The translations under genes were made by a program, and so were the position numbers. Below are positions 1 to 12,404 of a DNA stretch of 64,000 bases, piece after piece. Every line of letters begins with the position of its first letter. The first letter of the stretch is position 1. Source of the DNA: Eledone cirrhosa (Eukaryota); contig OZ024763.1 of assembly GCA_964016885.1 (NCBI GenBank), positions 5,270,001-5,334,000 on the forward strand. The letters run 5' to 3'. The notes under the pieces are model-generated. The model saw only the letters and a program-made list of their open reading frames with translations, was not told where the DNA came from and made no database searches.

Positions 1-255
1 GAGATGATAGGGACTGGGTCCCTATCATTCCACTGCAAAGTGGTTGTGGAGGTGCCATGGCAAAAAAGCACCCAGCACTCACTGTAAATGAGGTTGGTGT
101 TAGGAAGGGCATCCAGCTGTAGAAATCAAGCCAGAATCAGTTCCCGTCCCACCCTTGCAAGCAGGGAAAAGCGGACATAAAATGATGATGATACTACTAA
201 CCATGTTTACCTTTATTTACCTTTATTTACCTTTTTCTATCTTCTCTTTGTTCAG

Positions 256-369
256 GCACTGATTGCTTAACTGGAGAGTTCCATTGTAAAACAGGGGAAT
301 GTATTCAAAGTGCTAAAAGATGTGATGGTCGTGCTGATTGTTGGGACAGCTCAGATGAAGCTGAATGCT
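256..369 (+). CDS. HSPG2: Perlecan exon, LDLa repeat
   Basis: ttcag|...|gtgagt, 114 nt, phase 1-1; [37 protein letters not shown]. Confidence 0.9.
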
Positions 370-929
370 GTGAGTAATCTCTCAATATTCATATTTTGGT
401 TATCAGCATTAGAGCCCCCCACCCCCAACACCGGACTGTTGAAATATTAATTCTAAGGCGAAGTTTCGGAGAAAACATATCACAGTAAATTCCCAAAATC
501 TGAAGGTGCACTATTAAAAATAGGTTTTGGGGCAAATGGCATCTAGTGAGCACCTCTCCCTCCACATACACACACAGACATGTTGGTGGCATGCTGCCAT
601 GCTGTCATTTGTTATGTTGTCTTATATTATGTACAATTTGTCTAAATTTTCTAAACCATCTCTGATGATATTTTATCTAAATTCATTATGAGATCTTGGC
701 AAAGGTGAGATCTTATCATTGCAGAAAACTGTGCAAACTATGCACTGTTGAAACTCTGGAAATCATCAACATTAATTATATATATATATATATTAAGAAT
801 ATTTTCGGATCAGCGAGTGGGTTTGAAATTATTAGAAATGTAAGCTATCGCTGTATTTTGACTAAATAAATTATTTATCCTGATAGTGGGGTTAACCCTC
901 GGAGAAATGGAAAAAGATGAGTATTGACG

Positions 930-993
<64 letters not shown>

Positions 994-1089
994 TATATTA
1001 GTGGTAAGAAACTCTCAGGAGAGCTAGGCAGCAGAAGGTCTTCAAAGAAGAACCTCTCTCCCTCAAGTGAGTGTTTGGTTGGGCCCTTA

Positions 1090-1127
<38 letters not shown>

Positions 1128-1409
1128 GTGTGTGTTTCGCAGCACAAATCATGTCCCCTATCTGTGGAGGTTAGATTTAATTCATTTACCCAGTTTAACC
1201 ACCTGTTTGTTTGGTCCCTTGGGTCCTTTCAGCAAATGCCAGGTCTCCAGTTTGAGGATAACTTCCTCCCTTCCTCACCCCAAAAGGGGTCATGGGTGTT
1301 GATTGTCCTTCGTCATGTGATTAATTGTGATAAGTAAATAAAAAAGATGTCTGTGTCCATGTTTATATCAACTTATATTATAAGTGATTGTGTTGTATAT
1401 CACCCCACC

Positions 1410-1846
1410 GTCTATGCCACCCCTGTGTCAATATTTTGTGTCTATGCCACCCACTGTGTCGATATTTTGTGTCTATGCCACCCACTGTGTCAATATTTTG
1501 TGTCTATGCCACCCACTGTGTCGATATTTTGTGTCTATGCCACCCACTGTGTCGATATTTTGTGTCTATGCCACCCACTGTGTCGATATTTTGTGTCTAT
1601 GCCACCCACTGTGTCGATATTTTGTGTCTATGCCACCCACTGTGTCGATATTTTGTGTCTATGCCACCCACTGTGTCGATATTTTGTGTCTATGCCACCC
1701 ACTGTGTCGATATTTTGTGTCTATGCCACCCACTGTGTCGATATTTTGTGTCTATGCCACCCACTGTGTCGATATTTTGTGTCTATGCCACCCACTGTGT
1801 CGATATTTTGTGTCTATGCCACCCACTGTGTCAATATTTTGTGTCT
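1410..1846. repeat. 31-bp minisatellite, about 14 copies
   Basis: gtctatgccacccactgtgtcgatattttgt. Confidence 0.95.
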
Positions 1847-1890
1847 AATTTGTTTGTATAATTATTCAATTGTGTATTCTTTGGTTCCAG

Positions 1891-2010
1891 TATTGTGCAA
1901 GAAACGAGATGAATTCCTATGCAGTGAGGGAACTGTCTGTCTTCATACTTCTCAAGTTTGCGATAATGTTGTTGACTGTCCGGACTCTAGTGACGAGACA
2001 CGCTGTAGAT
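1891..2010 (+). CDS. HSPG2: Perlecan exon, LDLa repeat
   Basis: ccag|...|gtatgt, 120 nt, phase 1-1; LCKKRDEFLCSEGTVCLHTSQVCDNVVDCPDSSDETRCR. Confidence 0.88.
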
Positions 2011-2139
2011 GTATGTCTACTCCTCATCTCATAGCATCATCATCTCTTTTTTTTTTTTTTACATCAGTGTTTCATCAGGAAAACTAAATATGGCAGTGGA
2101 AAATAGAATTGACACCCACTCCACCACCATATCCCCTGG

Positions 2140-3530
2140 TGTATGTGGTTAGAATGTCTCAGTGGCTGAAATGGGGTTCCCACGAAGTGTCTTTGGAGTA
2201 ACATTACTCAATAGAGTGCATAGAGCCACTCCAGGTAGAGCCACTACTTCTTCTAATTGAGAGATCATAGCTTTAATGATATGAGCATGGGATTAGAATG
2301 TCTCAGGAAGGAATCGCTTGACAGATCTGTAGCCCGGAGATCAGAGAGTCACTCCAGGTAGAGCTGCTACTTGACTGAATTGAGAGATCACAGCTCTGAT
2401 ACTATGGACATGTGGTTAGAATGTCTCAGGAAAGAATCACTGGACAGATTTGTAGCTCGGAGATCAGAGAGTCACTCCAGGTAGAGCTGCTACTTCTCTG
2501 AATTGAGTGATCACAGCTCTGATACTATGGACATGTGGTTAGAATGTCTCAGGAAGGAATCGCTTGACAGATCTGTAGCCTGGAGATCAGAGAGTCACTC
2601 CAGGTAGAGCTGCTACTTGACTGAATTGAGAGATCACAGCTCTGATACTATGGACATGTGGTTAGAATGTCTCAGGAAAGAATCACTGGACAGATTTGTA
2701 GTGTGGAGATCAGAGAGTCACTCCAGGTAGAGCTGCTACTTCTCTGAATTGAGTGATCACAGCTCTGATACTATGGACATGTGGTTAGAATGTCTCAGGA
2801 AGGAATCGCTTGACAGATCTGTAGCCTGGAGATCAGAGAGTCACTCCAGGTAGAGCTGCTACTTGACTGAATTGAGAGATCACAGCTCTGATACTATGGA
2901 CATGTGGTTAGAATGTCTCAGGAAAGAATCACTGGACAGATTTGTAGCTCGGAGATCAGAGAGTCACTCCAGGTAGAGCTGCTACTTCTCTGAATTGAGT
3001 GATCACAGCTCTGATACTATGGACATGTGGTTAGAATGTCTCAGGAAGGAATCGCTTGACAGATCTGTAGCCTGGAGATCAGAGAGTCACTCCAGGTAGA
3101 GCTGCTACTTGACTGAATTGAGAGATCACAGCTCTGATACTATGGACATGTGGTTAGAATGTCTCAGGAAAGAATCACTGGACAGATTTGTAGCTCGGAG
3201 ATCAGAGAGTCACTCCAGGTAGAGCTGCTACTTGACTGAATTGAGAGATCACAGCTCCGATACTATGGATATGTGATTAGAATGTCTCAGGAAAGAATCA
3301 CTGGACAGATTTGTAGCCCGGAGATCAGAGAGTCACTCCAGGTAGAGCTGCTACTTGACTGAATTGAGAGATCACAGCTCCGATACTGTGGATATGTGAT
3401 TAGAATGTCTCAGGAAAGAAATGTTGGGCAGATTTTACAGGCAAAAAGCAACTAGCAGTAGATCCACGGGTAGACCTCCGGCAAGATGGTTGGATAGCAT
3501 CCATGAGCTTGGCTGATCTCGTTTGGGGAT
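2140..3530 (+). repeat. 123-bp tandem array derived from an RTE-like LINE 3' ORF, about 10 copies
   Basis: Period 123 (2398, 2521, 2644); unit reads IRESLQVELLL..IERSQL*YYGHVVRMSQERI; alternating variants. Confidence 0.85.
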
Positions 3531-4003
3531 CCAGCACTCACTGTAAATGAGGTTGGTGTTAGGAAGGGCATCCAGCTGTAGAAATCAAGCCAGAATCAGT
3601 TCCCGTCCCACCTTTGCAAGCAGGGAAAAGCAGACGTAAAATGATGATGATGATGATATATGTCTAACTTAATAGCACCACCTGGCAATATATATATATA
3701 TATATATATATAGTAGAATAATTGAGTATCGAAAAATCGGCGCACGAGTTCACGATAAACAAAATTCGACATGAGTGGCAGAGGGCTCAATAATTCAGAT
3801 AAATCAGAGCTATAACTATCGTTAAAATACCAACACACATAGATCATGTCTAAAATCAACCATACGACCGAAAAATTACGATCCGGAAGATTCAGGTCAC
3901 TCAGATAAAATATCAATAAATCAATAAATCATATGAATGTAAAAAGCTTACCCGGACCCACTAGAAAGATGGTAAATCTAGCTTCTTGGGTTTCTGTAAA
4001 TCC

Positions 4004-4221
<218 letters not shown>

Positions 4222-4372
4222 CATCTTTTTTTTCTGAATCTCTTTAGAGATATCGAATTGAATGAAATTTACCTGAGATTTTGTAAATATCTATAGTTAT
4301 TACAGGGTCGATAAAATAAAGTACCAGTAATGCACTGGGATAATTGCTGGCCTTGTGCCAAAAGTAGAAACA

Positions 4373-4407
<35 letters not shown>

Positions 4408-5015
4408 TATGGCAGTGGATTGGTAGTGTCAATAGATCATCAGATATCATGCTATGTGGCACAGAGTTATGGCTCTTTACGTTCTGAGTTCAAATTCCGC
4501 CGAGGTTAGCTTTGCCTTTCACCCTTATGGTGGTCAATAAAATAAAGTACCAGTAATACACTGCAGTCGATTTAATCGACTTTCCTTTCCCTCAAAATTG
4601 TTGGCCTTCTGACTAAATTAGAATCAATTATTATTATTTTTTCCACTGTTCATATTTTTTTTTTTCAACCCTGAAACTCAGCATGAGCAGCAACCAAGGA
4701 AAGCAAGCAACCAACCCATCAAACCCATCTGTCTCATGTCCCATGAATGTATGATTGTTCCTTAATTAGTTCATCTCATTCTTAGCCATTCTATGTCCGT
4801 CTGTTTGTCTGCATCATTCTCAAACTCATTTATTCATTAAATAATATTTCTCAATTATGTTTTGACTGCCTGACTGCCTGACAGAACCATCATACCTCGT
4901 TAGTCGTACCTCGTTAGTCGTACCTCCTTAGACGTTATTCCAAAATTCCATCTCTTCTGTGCATGATTCCTTAATATATGTGTGTATATGTGTTTCTATA
5001 TATTTATTTATATAG

Positions 5016-5053
<38 letters not shown>

Positions 5054-5125
5054 ATATTTATATTAAATGTATTATATATATTTATTTATATATATATTTA
5101 TATATATATATATTTTTATATATAT

Positions 5126-5158
<33 letters not shown>

Positions 5159-5245
5159 TATATAATATATTTATATATATATATATATATTTATATTAAA
5201 TGTATTATACATATTTATATTAAATGTATTATATATATATATATA

Positions 5246-5304
<59 letters not shown>

Positions 5305-5568
5305 ATATATATATATATATAGATGTACATACACATATACTCACATATGTTTATATATAAGAAGAGAAATAGACAATGACTGCTCTATGGTAAATAGCAA
5401 GTTTCTGTAGTTTGAAAAAGATGGAATGAAAACAAAATTATGGGTTTTGTGGGGGTTTATTCCTATATTTTAATGTCTTTTGTCTCTTGTCCTTTCATTG
5501 TAACCTTGTTATGTTTCCTGTGCTCCATTGTTTTATATATTTATACTAAATTATTTTGCCTTGATTAG

Positions 5569-5611
<43 letters not shown>

Positions 5612-6874
5612 ACATCATCATTTAACTTCTGTTTTTCCTCTACTGAACTCTTGTTAGCAGCAGGTAAAAAAATCAGACATTAAATTACGATGGCAATGAT
5701 GGTGATGATGATTGGTAAACAAACCAAAAGAAAAAAAAAAACAACCTACCTTTGAATTGCCTGTGCCTAAATATATTTAATATTTTCTATAAATGTTTGT
5801 TTTTAATGATATATTATATATATATTATATAATTATTGCTCTAAAGTAAGTCAACCCTTTTTGCTACCAAATTTCTTATGAAATACACTGATGTCTCAAG
5901 TAATTTTCAAAAATAAATCAAGAATTTCGAGAAGTTTTAGTAATGTAAATAATTTTCTCATTATTAAGCTGGTTTGGTGGTGGATTTGCAGTAATCGGTT
6001 GAACATCGGACAACATGATTTGTGGCATAGAGTTACGGCCTTTTATATTCTGAGTTTAAATCTCACTGAAGTTAGCTTTGTTTTCATTGTTATGGGGTTG
6101 ATAAAATAAAATACCAGTAATGCACTGGGGTCAATTTAATCAACTTTCCCCTACTCCCTCCAAAGCTGTTGGCCTTGTGCCTAAATCAGAAACCATTATT
6201 AATCTGGTTTGGTGGTGTATTTTCAGTAATCGGTAGTGTCGGACAACATGCTTTGCACCATATAGTTACGGCCTTTTATGATATAATAAAGTACCAGTAA
6301 TGCACTGGGTCAATTTAATCAGTTTCCCTCTCCCACCAAAACTGTTGGCCTTGTGTCTAAATCAGAAACCATTATTATTATCATAGAGGGCAGTGGATTT
6401 GCAGTAATCAGTAGAGCACCAGACAGCCTGCTTTGTGGCACAGAGTTACGGCCTTTTATGTTCTGAGTTCAGATCTCACTGAGGTTAACATTGACAATCA
6501 TCCTTATGGGTGTTAATAAATTTAAGTACCAGTAATATTCTGAGTTTTTAACAAAGGTTTTACAAACAGTTTTCTGGAGTTGAACCAAACAGTGGTTTCA
6601 TGTGAGGTTGGTATGAAAAGGGTTAAACATTTTACCTTAATGCTACGTTCATTTCTTTAGGTTGCTCTCATGGACAAGCTTTATAACTCTGCTTGCTTCA
6701 ATATATTTGCTTGTTAGGTGATTTAGTGGCTGAAAATAAAAGGATATATTGAAAAACACTCTCAGACACGGGTGTAATTTCATAATTTCAAGTTGGGAAG
6801 ATACTCCCATTCCTAATAATTAGCATGAAATGGAAAAATGTAAAAATATATAAATATATACATTTTTTTAATTG

Positions 6875-6945
<71 letters not shown>

Positions 6946-6947
<2 letters not shown>

Positions 6948-7303
6948 GATATTAAACAAATGGAAACTACATTTATAAAATCATATTTATTTCATTATAT
7001 ATATTTCAGGGATATCATATTAAAAATATGGTATGCCCTCTTCAGACAAAATACAATATATAAACAGTTTTATAAATAAATTTGACATACCTTGAAAAAT
7101 TTTTTACAACTTCCATTTAAAAAGTTGTTATGGTAGTGAGAATGATATCCCTGAAATATATATAATGAAATAAATATGGTTTTATAAATGTAGTTTCCAT
7201 TTGTTTAATATCGTAAAATACTCCAAAATCTGTTGAGTGCTTTTATATCAGTTATAAAATATTTACTCGTTGTAACCCAACAATTTTAAATAAAATTTTT
7301 TGC
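6946..7303. mobile_element. Penelope-like pLTR remnant with inverted segment, between (TA)n tracts
   Basis: 6946-7018 is the reverse complement of 7142-7214; hammerhead in left part; TA tracts on both sides. Confidence 0.55.
6988..7053 (-). ncRNA. Minimal type I hammerhead ribozyme motif
   Basis: Minus strand: UAUUUUGU CUGAAGA GGG..stem II..CCC U GAAA UAUAUA UA AUGAAAUA. Confidence 0.6.
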
Positions 7304-8034
7304 ATATATATATATATATATATTTTAATTTAAAAAAAAATATATATATTCTAATTAAAAAAAAAATACATATATATATATAATATTTTTAAAAAAAATA
7401 TATATATATATTTTAATTTTAAAAAAATACATATATTTTAATAAAAAAAAATACATATATATATATTTTAATTTAAAAAAATACATATATATATATATTT
7501 TAATAAAAAACAAAATGCATATATATATATTTAAATTAAAAAAAATAAATGCAACACCCTATTTTACCCCACTGCCTACACAATATATATATATATAATT
7601 GTATGCCTTTACCAAAGGGACTGTAAACTCCAAATTCTTTGAGTGTGTCCTTTTGACTTGTCATTACATTTCATTTCCATTTTATTTTAATTTCTAATAA
7701 ATATATAAGCATATACGATATTTAATCTGATTTCTGTTAGAACTCTGGAACTAGTAATTTCTTCTCCTCTTCCTCCTCCTCCTTATCCTCTCTTGGTCTT
7801 GTCTGGCATTATCTCCTCATCGACCCCCCATCTACTCAACCTCACCCCCCCCCCAACCCACATCATCTAGAAAAAAACATCTTTCTGCATGTTCATTATA
7901 AATAGAAGACTATCTCTTCTATCTTAATTACTTAAACTGGTTCGTTAAATTAACTTAATCTTTAGTTTCTATAATCTACTAAAACCTGCTACATGTAGAT
8001 TGGTAAATAATATCCTAGATATCTTGCATCATCA

Positions 8035-8087
<53 letters not shown>

Positions 8088-8088
8088 G

Positions 8089-8348
8089 GTGTCTCAGTCA
8101 TTGATGTTATTTAACTGGAAAGTTTGTTAAAATGAACATCAAGCCGCTACCTGCAGCCTCAGATATTCAGGATGTTTCACAGGGTTCTTGCTGTTCCCAG
8201 CAACCATGCCTTTTGAAGTGTTCCAAAAAAGGGGGCTGGACAAATCTTCTTTAACCATGCTTGAAAACTCTTTGAGATAGTACCTAGTGCTCCTATAACA
8301 ATCGGGATGACCTTGATCTCATGACAGTCCCAAATCCTTTTTAACTCC
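8089..8348 (-). mobile_element. R4/Dong-like non-LTR retrotransposon 3' fragment
   Basis: Minus strand ELKRIWDCHEIKVIPIVIGALGTISKSFQAWLKKI...LQKAWLLGTARTL*NIL; 3' end runs into (TAA)n at 8037-8088. Confidence 0.75.
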
Positions 8349-9079
8349 TATTATTATTACTTGTCTTTCTTTTAACGTGTTAGCTGCTCCTCTCTACATC
8401 CCACAGTTACATCTATGGGTGGGCCTCTCTTTTAACGTCCCTGTTATACAGCGTTAGCTGTCCCCAAGCAGTTACATGAAATATAACAATGGGTCTGTAT
8501 TTTAATGCCCCTGATATACAGTATATTGTGGTAGCGTGGATTGGCAGTATCGGTAGAGGGTCGGACGCCATGCTTTCCAGCATAGTTACGTCCCTTTATG
8601 ATCTGAGTTCAAATCCCGCCGAGGTTGACTTTGCCTTTCATCCTTACGGGGTCGATAAAATAAAAGTACCAGTAATGCACTGGTAATTGCTGGCCTTGTG
8701 CCTAAAGTAGAAACAATTATTATTACGTCCCTTTACGATCTGAGTTCAAATCCTGCCGAGGTTGACTTTGCCTTTCATCCTTACGGGGTCGATAAAATAA
8801 AGTACCAGTAATGCTCTGGGTAATTGCTGACCTTGTGCCTAAAGTAGAAACAATTATTATTTCTATTATTATTATTTGAAACTTCCTTTGAAATCTGCTT
8901 CTTTCCTCATATCATGCTGTGTGTCAACCTGACACCTGAGGAAGCAACATGTAGATCATGACTCATACACTGTTCACTTTCCTGACATTTGTACATTATT
9001 CTATGTACTATACATGCACCTTTGATGAGTTGTAGTGCACCTGAACACTGTACACAATAATTTCATTATTATTATTATA

Positions 9080-9490
9080 GAGGGTGGATTGGCAGTATCG
9101 GTGGAGGGTCGGACGCCATGCTTTCCAGCATAGTTACGTCCCTTTACGATCTGAGTTCAAATCCCGCCCAGGTTGACTTTGCCTTTCATCCTTACGGGGT
9201 CGATAAAATAAAGTACCAGTAATGCACTGGGATAATTGCTGGCCTTGTGCCTAAAGTAGAAACAATTATTATTATAGAGGGTGGTGGATTCGCAGTAATC
9301 GGTAGAGCGTCAGACTCCCTGCTTTGCAGCATAGAGTTACAGCCCTTTTCATTCCCGCTGAGGGTAGCTTTATCTTTCATCCTTATGTGGTTGATAAAAT
9401 AAAGTACCAGTAATACACTGGGGTCGATTTAATCAACTTCCCCCCCCCCCCCCAAATTGTTGGCCTTGTGCCTATATAAGAAACTATTAT
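9080..9490 (+). mobile_element. tRNA-derived SINE family 1 with Nin/Deu-like core, two tandem copies; many others (4411-4630, 5975-6540, 8530-8860, 14197-14410, 23317-24620, 26097-26285, 31915-32130 minus, 38365-39010, 39268-39490, 55716-55908, 61140-61450)
   Basis: A/B-box-like head (tggcagtatcggtag, gagttcaaatccc), core gcctttcatccttacggggtcgataaaataaagtaccag, (ATT)n tail. Confidence 0.8.
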
Positions 9491-9751
9491 TTGGGATACA
9501 AGTAGACATGGTGAATTATTAGGGTTCATGTTTGTAGCAACATGACTAAGAAATGTCCAATACACATGCTTGGGTGCGTAGATGTGTGTACCTTTTAAAG
9601 AATTTCAGATGGATGGATATATATATATATAATGTATACATGTATAGATATATATATCATGTATATATATATATATATATATATCATGTATATATATATG
9701 TAATATATATATATATCATGTATATATATATGTAATATATATATATATGTA

Positions 9752-9782
<31 letters not shown>

Positions 9783-9785
<3 letters not shown>

Positions 9786-9988
9786 ACAAATATGACCCCG
9801 ACGGCAGAGCTCAAGCCGTTTCGACGGCTAATTCTGGACGGCTAATTCTGGCGTCCAGAATTAGCTGTCGAAACGGCTTGAGCTCTGCCGTCGGGGTCAT
9901 ACTTGTTCCTAGTACCCACTCTACTACCCTAAGTATTGAGTACTTTGGTGCGTTATAGCCATCTGGCTCCTTACCACATTTCCTTTGT

Positions 9989-9989
<1 letters not shown>
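9783..9989 (+). mobile_element. Hairpin-headed insert in (TA)n with 3' half of a hammerhead (family also at 11024-11229, 42384-42440, 45271-45329, 46715-46736)
   Basis: atgaccccgacggcagagctcaagccgtttcgac / gtcgaaacggcttgagctctgccgtcggggtcat inverted repeat; GAAACGGC..GCCGUC stem III and cleavage triplet. Confidence 0.6.
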
Positions 9990-10020
<31 letters not shown>

Positions 10021-10188
10021 ACAAAACTTAAATATTCTATATATATCATGTATATATATATATATATGTAATGTATACATATATATGTATATATATATAT
10101 ATATATATATAGACAAACATCTCTGATGTATTATTAAGGTTGATGTTTGCTCATTATTTTGTTTTCTTTATCTCCTGCTGATCTTTAG

Positions 10189-10308
10189 CTGCCATTGTTG
10201 TCTGTCAAGATGGTCAGTTCCAGTGTGATGGACATTGTTTAGACTTGTCTGTGGTATGTAATGGTGTGAAGGATTGTAGAGATGAATCCGATGAGTCAGA
10301 ATGTCCAG
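10189..10308 (+). CDS. HSPG2: Perlecan exon, LDLa repeat
   Basis: ttag|...|gtaagt, 120 nt; [39 protein letters not shown]. Confidence 0.9.
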
Positions 10309-10437
10309 GTAAGTAAAGCCTTCTCACAGCTCCTAACCTCTTACCTGTTGAAAGTAGGTAATAGGTTCTCTTTCTGTTGTGATTGGCACCAGATAGATGG
10401 TATTAGCTTCCTTATTCTGATCTGATGATTACAGCTT

Positions 10438-10465
<28 letters not shown>

Positions 10466-10474
<9 letters not shown>

Positions 10475-11000
10475 TAAACAAATAATGAATAAAACAATGA
10501 AACAGTTCCTTATATTAAACAAAAAAAGTTCATTATTTAACGATCGTTTCTAGGATATATATGTGTTAGAATTGGCATGCATATTCAACAGATCTATGTA
10601 CAAAATTATACAAAATTATACAAACTATCAAAATTAAATATACATACCCAACACATATATATGCCGTCTTCAGAAATGTGTTGGGTATGTATATTTAATT
10701 TTGATAGTTTGTATAATTTTGTATAATTTTGTACATAGATCTGTTGAATATGCATGCCAATTCTAACACATATATATCCTAGAAACGATCGTTAAATAAT
10801 GAACTTTTTTTGTTTAATATAAGGAACTGTTTCATTGTTTTATTCATTATTTGTTTAATATTTTATCTTGACTCTGTATTCCGTTTATCTTTCACCGAAA
10901 GTGATTTTTCATTGCATCTCTTCTTTCCATGATATCCGGATTACATTGAGTTCTTCATACGGATTGGACACTACCGTAAACTCTTGGTAGATTTATCTAC
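10466..11000. mobile_element. Penelope-like pLTR remnant, about 190-bp near-perfect inverted repeat plus tail, in (TA)n
   Basis: Arms about 10466-10656 and 10676-10866; tcttcag in the loop. Confidence 0.6.
10533..10676 (-). ncRNA. Hammerhead ribozyme motif with long stem II
   Basis: Minus strand: CUGAAGA CGG CAUAUAUAUGUGUUGG...CUAACACAUAUAUAU CC UA GAAA CGAUCG UUA; palindromic stem III; stem I truncated. Confidence 0.5.
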
Positions 11001-11227
11001 ATATATCTATATATATATATATAGGAAAAAGTATGACCCCGACGGCAGAGCTCAAGCCGTTTCGACAGCTATTTCTCGATGGCTATTTCTTGTCCAGAAA
11101 TAGCCGTCGAAACGGCTTGAGCTCTGCCGTCGGAGTCATACTTTTTCCTATTTCTCACTTTACTACCCTAAGTATTGAATACTCTGGTGCGTTATGGTCC
11201 ATCTGGTTCCTTACCACAATTCCTTTG

Positions 11228-11289
<62 letters not shown>

Positions 11290-11319
11290 AGATCAAAAGA
11301 TGGTTAAAAGAGTTCCATG

Positions 11320-11390
11320 TATTTTATTATGCGCATTTCAAAAACAAATATCATCATGCGATGACATTTGCGTTTTCGTCAGATAAAATA
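11320..11390 (-). ncRNA. Minimal type I hammerhead ribozyme motif
   Basis: Minus strand: UAUUUUAU CUGACGA AAACGCAAAUGUCAUC GCAU GAUGAUAUUUGUUUUU GAAA UGCGCA UA AUAAAAUA. Confidence 0.75.
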
Positions 11391-11556
11391 GGGAGACATG
11401 ATATGAAGGTTAAAAAACACTTGTGAATAGTGCAGTTTTAAATCAACATATATTATTTATACTCCAGTCCTACAAACTGTAGAGTGCTACTTATCCGATA
11501 TCTGCATTGCTTTATTGTACTACAATAAAACTCACCTCCTACATATATATTACAGA

Positions 11557-11903
11557 TGAGGCACATGGCTTAGTGGTTAGAGCATTGGCCTTGCAATCGA
11601 AAGGTTGTGAGTTCAATTCTCAGACCAGGTGATGTGTTGTTTCCTTGAGCAAGACACTTTATTTCACATTGCTCCAGTTTACTCAGCTGTAGAAATGAGA
11701 TGATAGGGACTGGGGTCCATATCATTCCACTGCAAAGTGGTCGTGGAGGTGCCACGGCAAAAAAGCACCCAGCACTCACTGTAAATGAGGTTGGTGTTAG
11801 GAAGGGCATCCAGCTGTAGAAATCAAGCCAGAATCAGTTCCCGTCCCACCCTTGCAAGCAGGGAAAAAGCGGACGTAAAATTAAATGATGATGATGATGA
11901 TGA
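11557..11903 (+). mobile_element. tRNA-derived SINE family 2, full length; others at 1-192, 3531-3656, 42798-43131, 63614-63917; variants at 26820-27030, 48408-48620 minus, 50430-50695 minus
   Basis: tggcttagtggttag and gagttcaattc boxes, ccttgagcaagacactt core, LINE-like tail with (GAT)n. Confidence 0.8.
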
Positions 11904-12404
11904 ATGATATATATATATATATATATATCATGTATTGAGTTAGAAACTCAAAATAGTCTCATTACAGTAAATTAGCTCTAGGAAAGAGATTTTTCCGAGC
12001 CGTATATAACTTTTTCCTTTTTGTTTAGTTATATATATATATAAAGTGAAATGACGGGAGACCAAATATGTTGAATTTCCTTAATTTTTTATTACTGTAA
12101 ACACTATGCACATTTCAGTGGCCAGGTTGTGTAAGAACCCCGACCTCATCAGGTATAAATTGTGTATTAGATGTATACCAACGGAATAGTGGTAAACTTT
12201 AAGGAAACAAGCAAAGAAAAAGAAAGAGGATAAAGTGTGTGTTATGCTTTTAACCCAGAGACAGACGTAGTGCATGCTGCTACATTTCTTGCCTGCCTCT
12301 GTGTCCATATATATATGTATATGTATATATTATTTCATTACTTAATCTAAGGTTCTTATATAAAATTATGTTAGAAGATTTTAATATAAATTGGAAACCT
12401 TTTT

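Noticed and set aside
660-770. ctgatga near a TA tract as another hammerhead
   Set aside because: No convincing stem II-GAAA-stem III arrangement
1347-1861. Cys-rich repetitive ORFs resembling a metal-binding protein
   Set aside because: A 31-bp minisatellite open in all three frames; only 1891-2010 is exonic
4670-4755. Possible small exon after a T-rich tract
   Set aside because: The phase-1 reading hits a stop or needs a weak GC donor; unsupported without RNA data
11557-11630. tRNA gene
   Set aside because: A/B boxes belong to a SINE head that continues into core and tail; no clean cloverleaf
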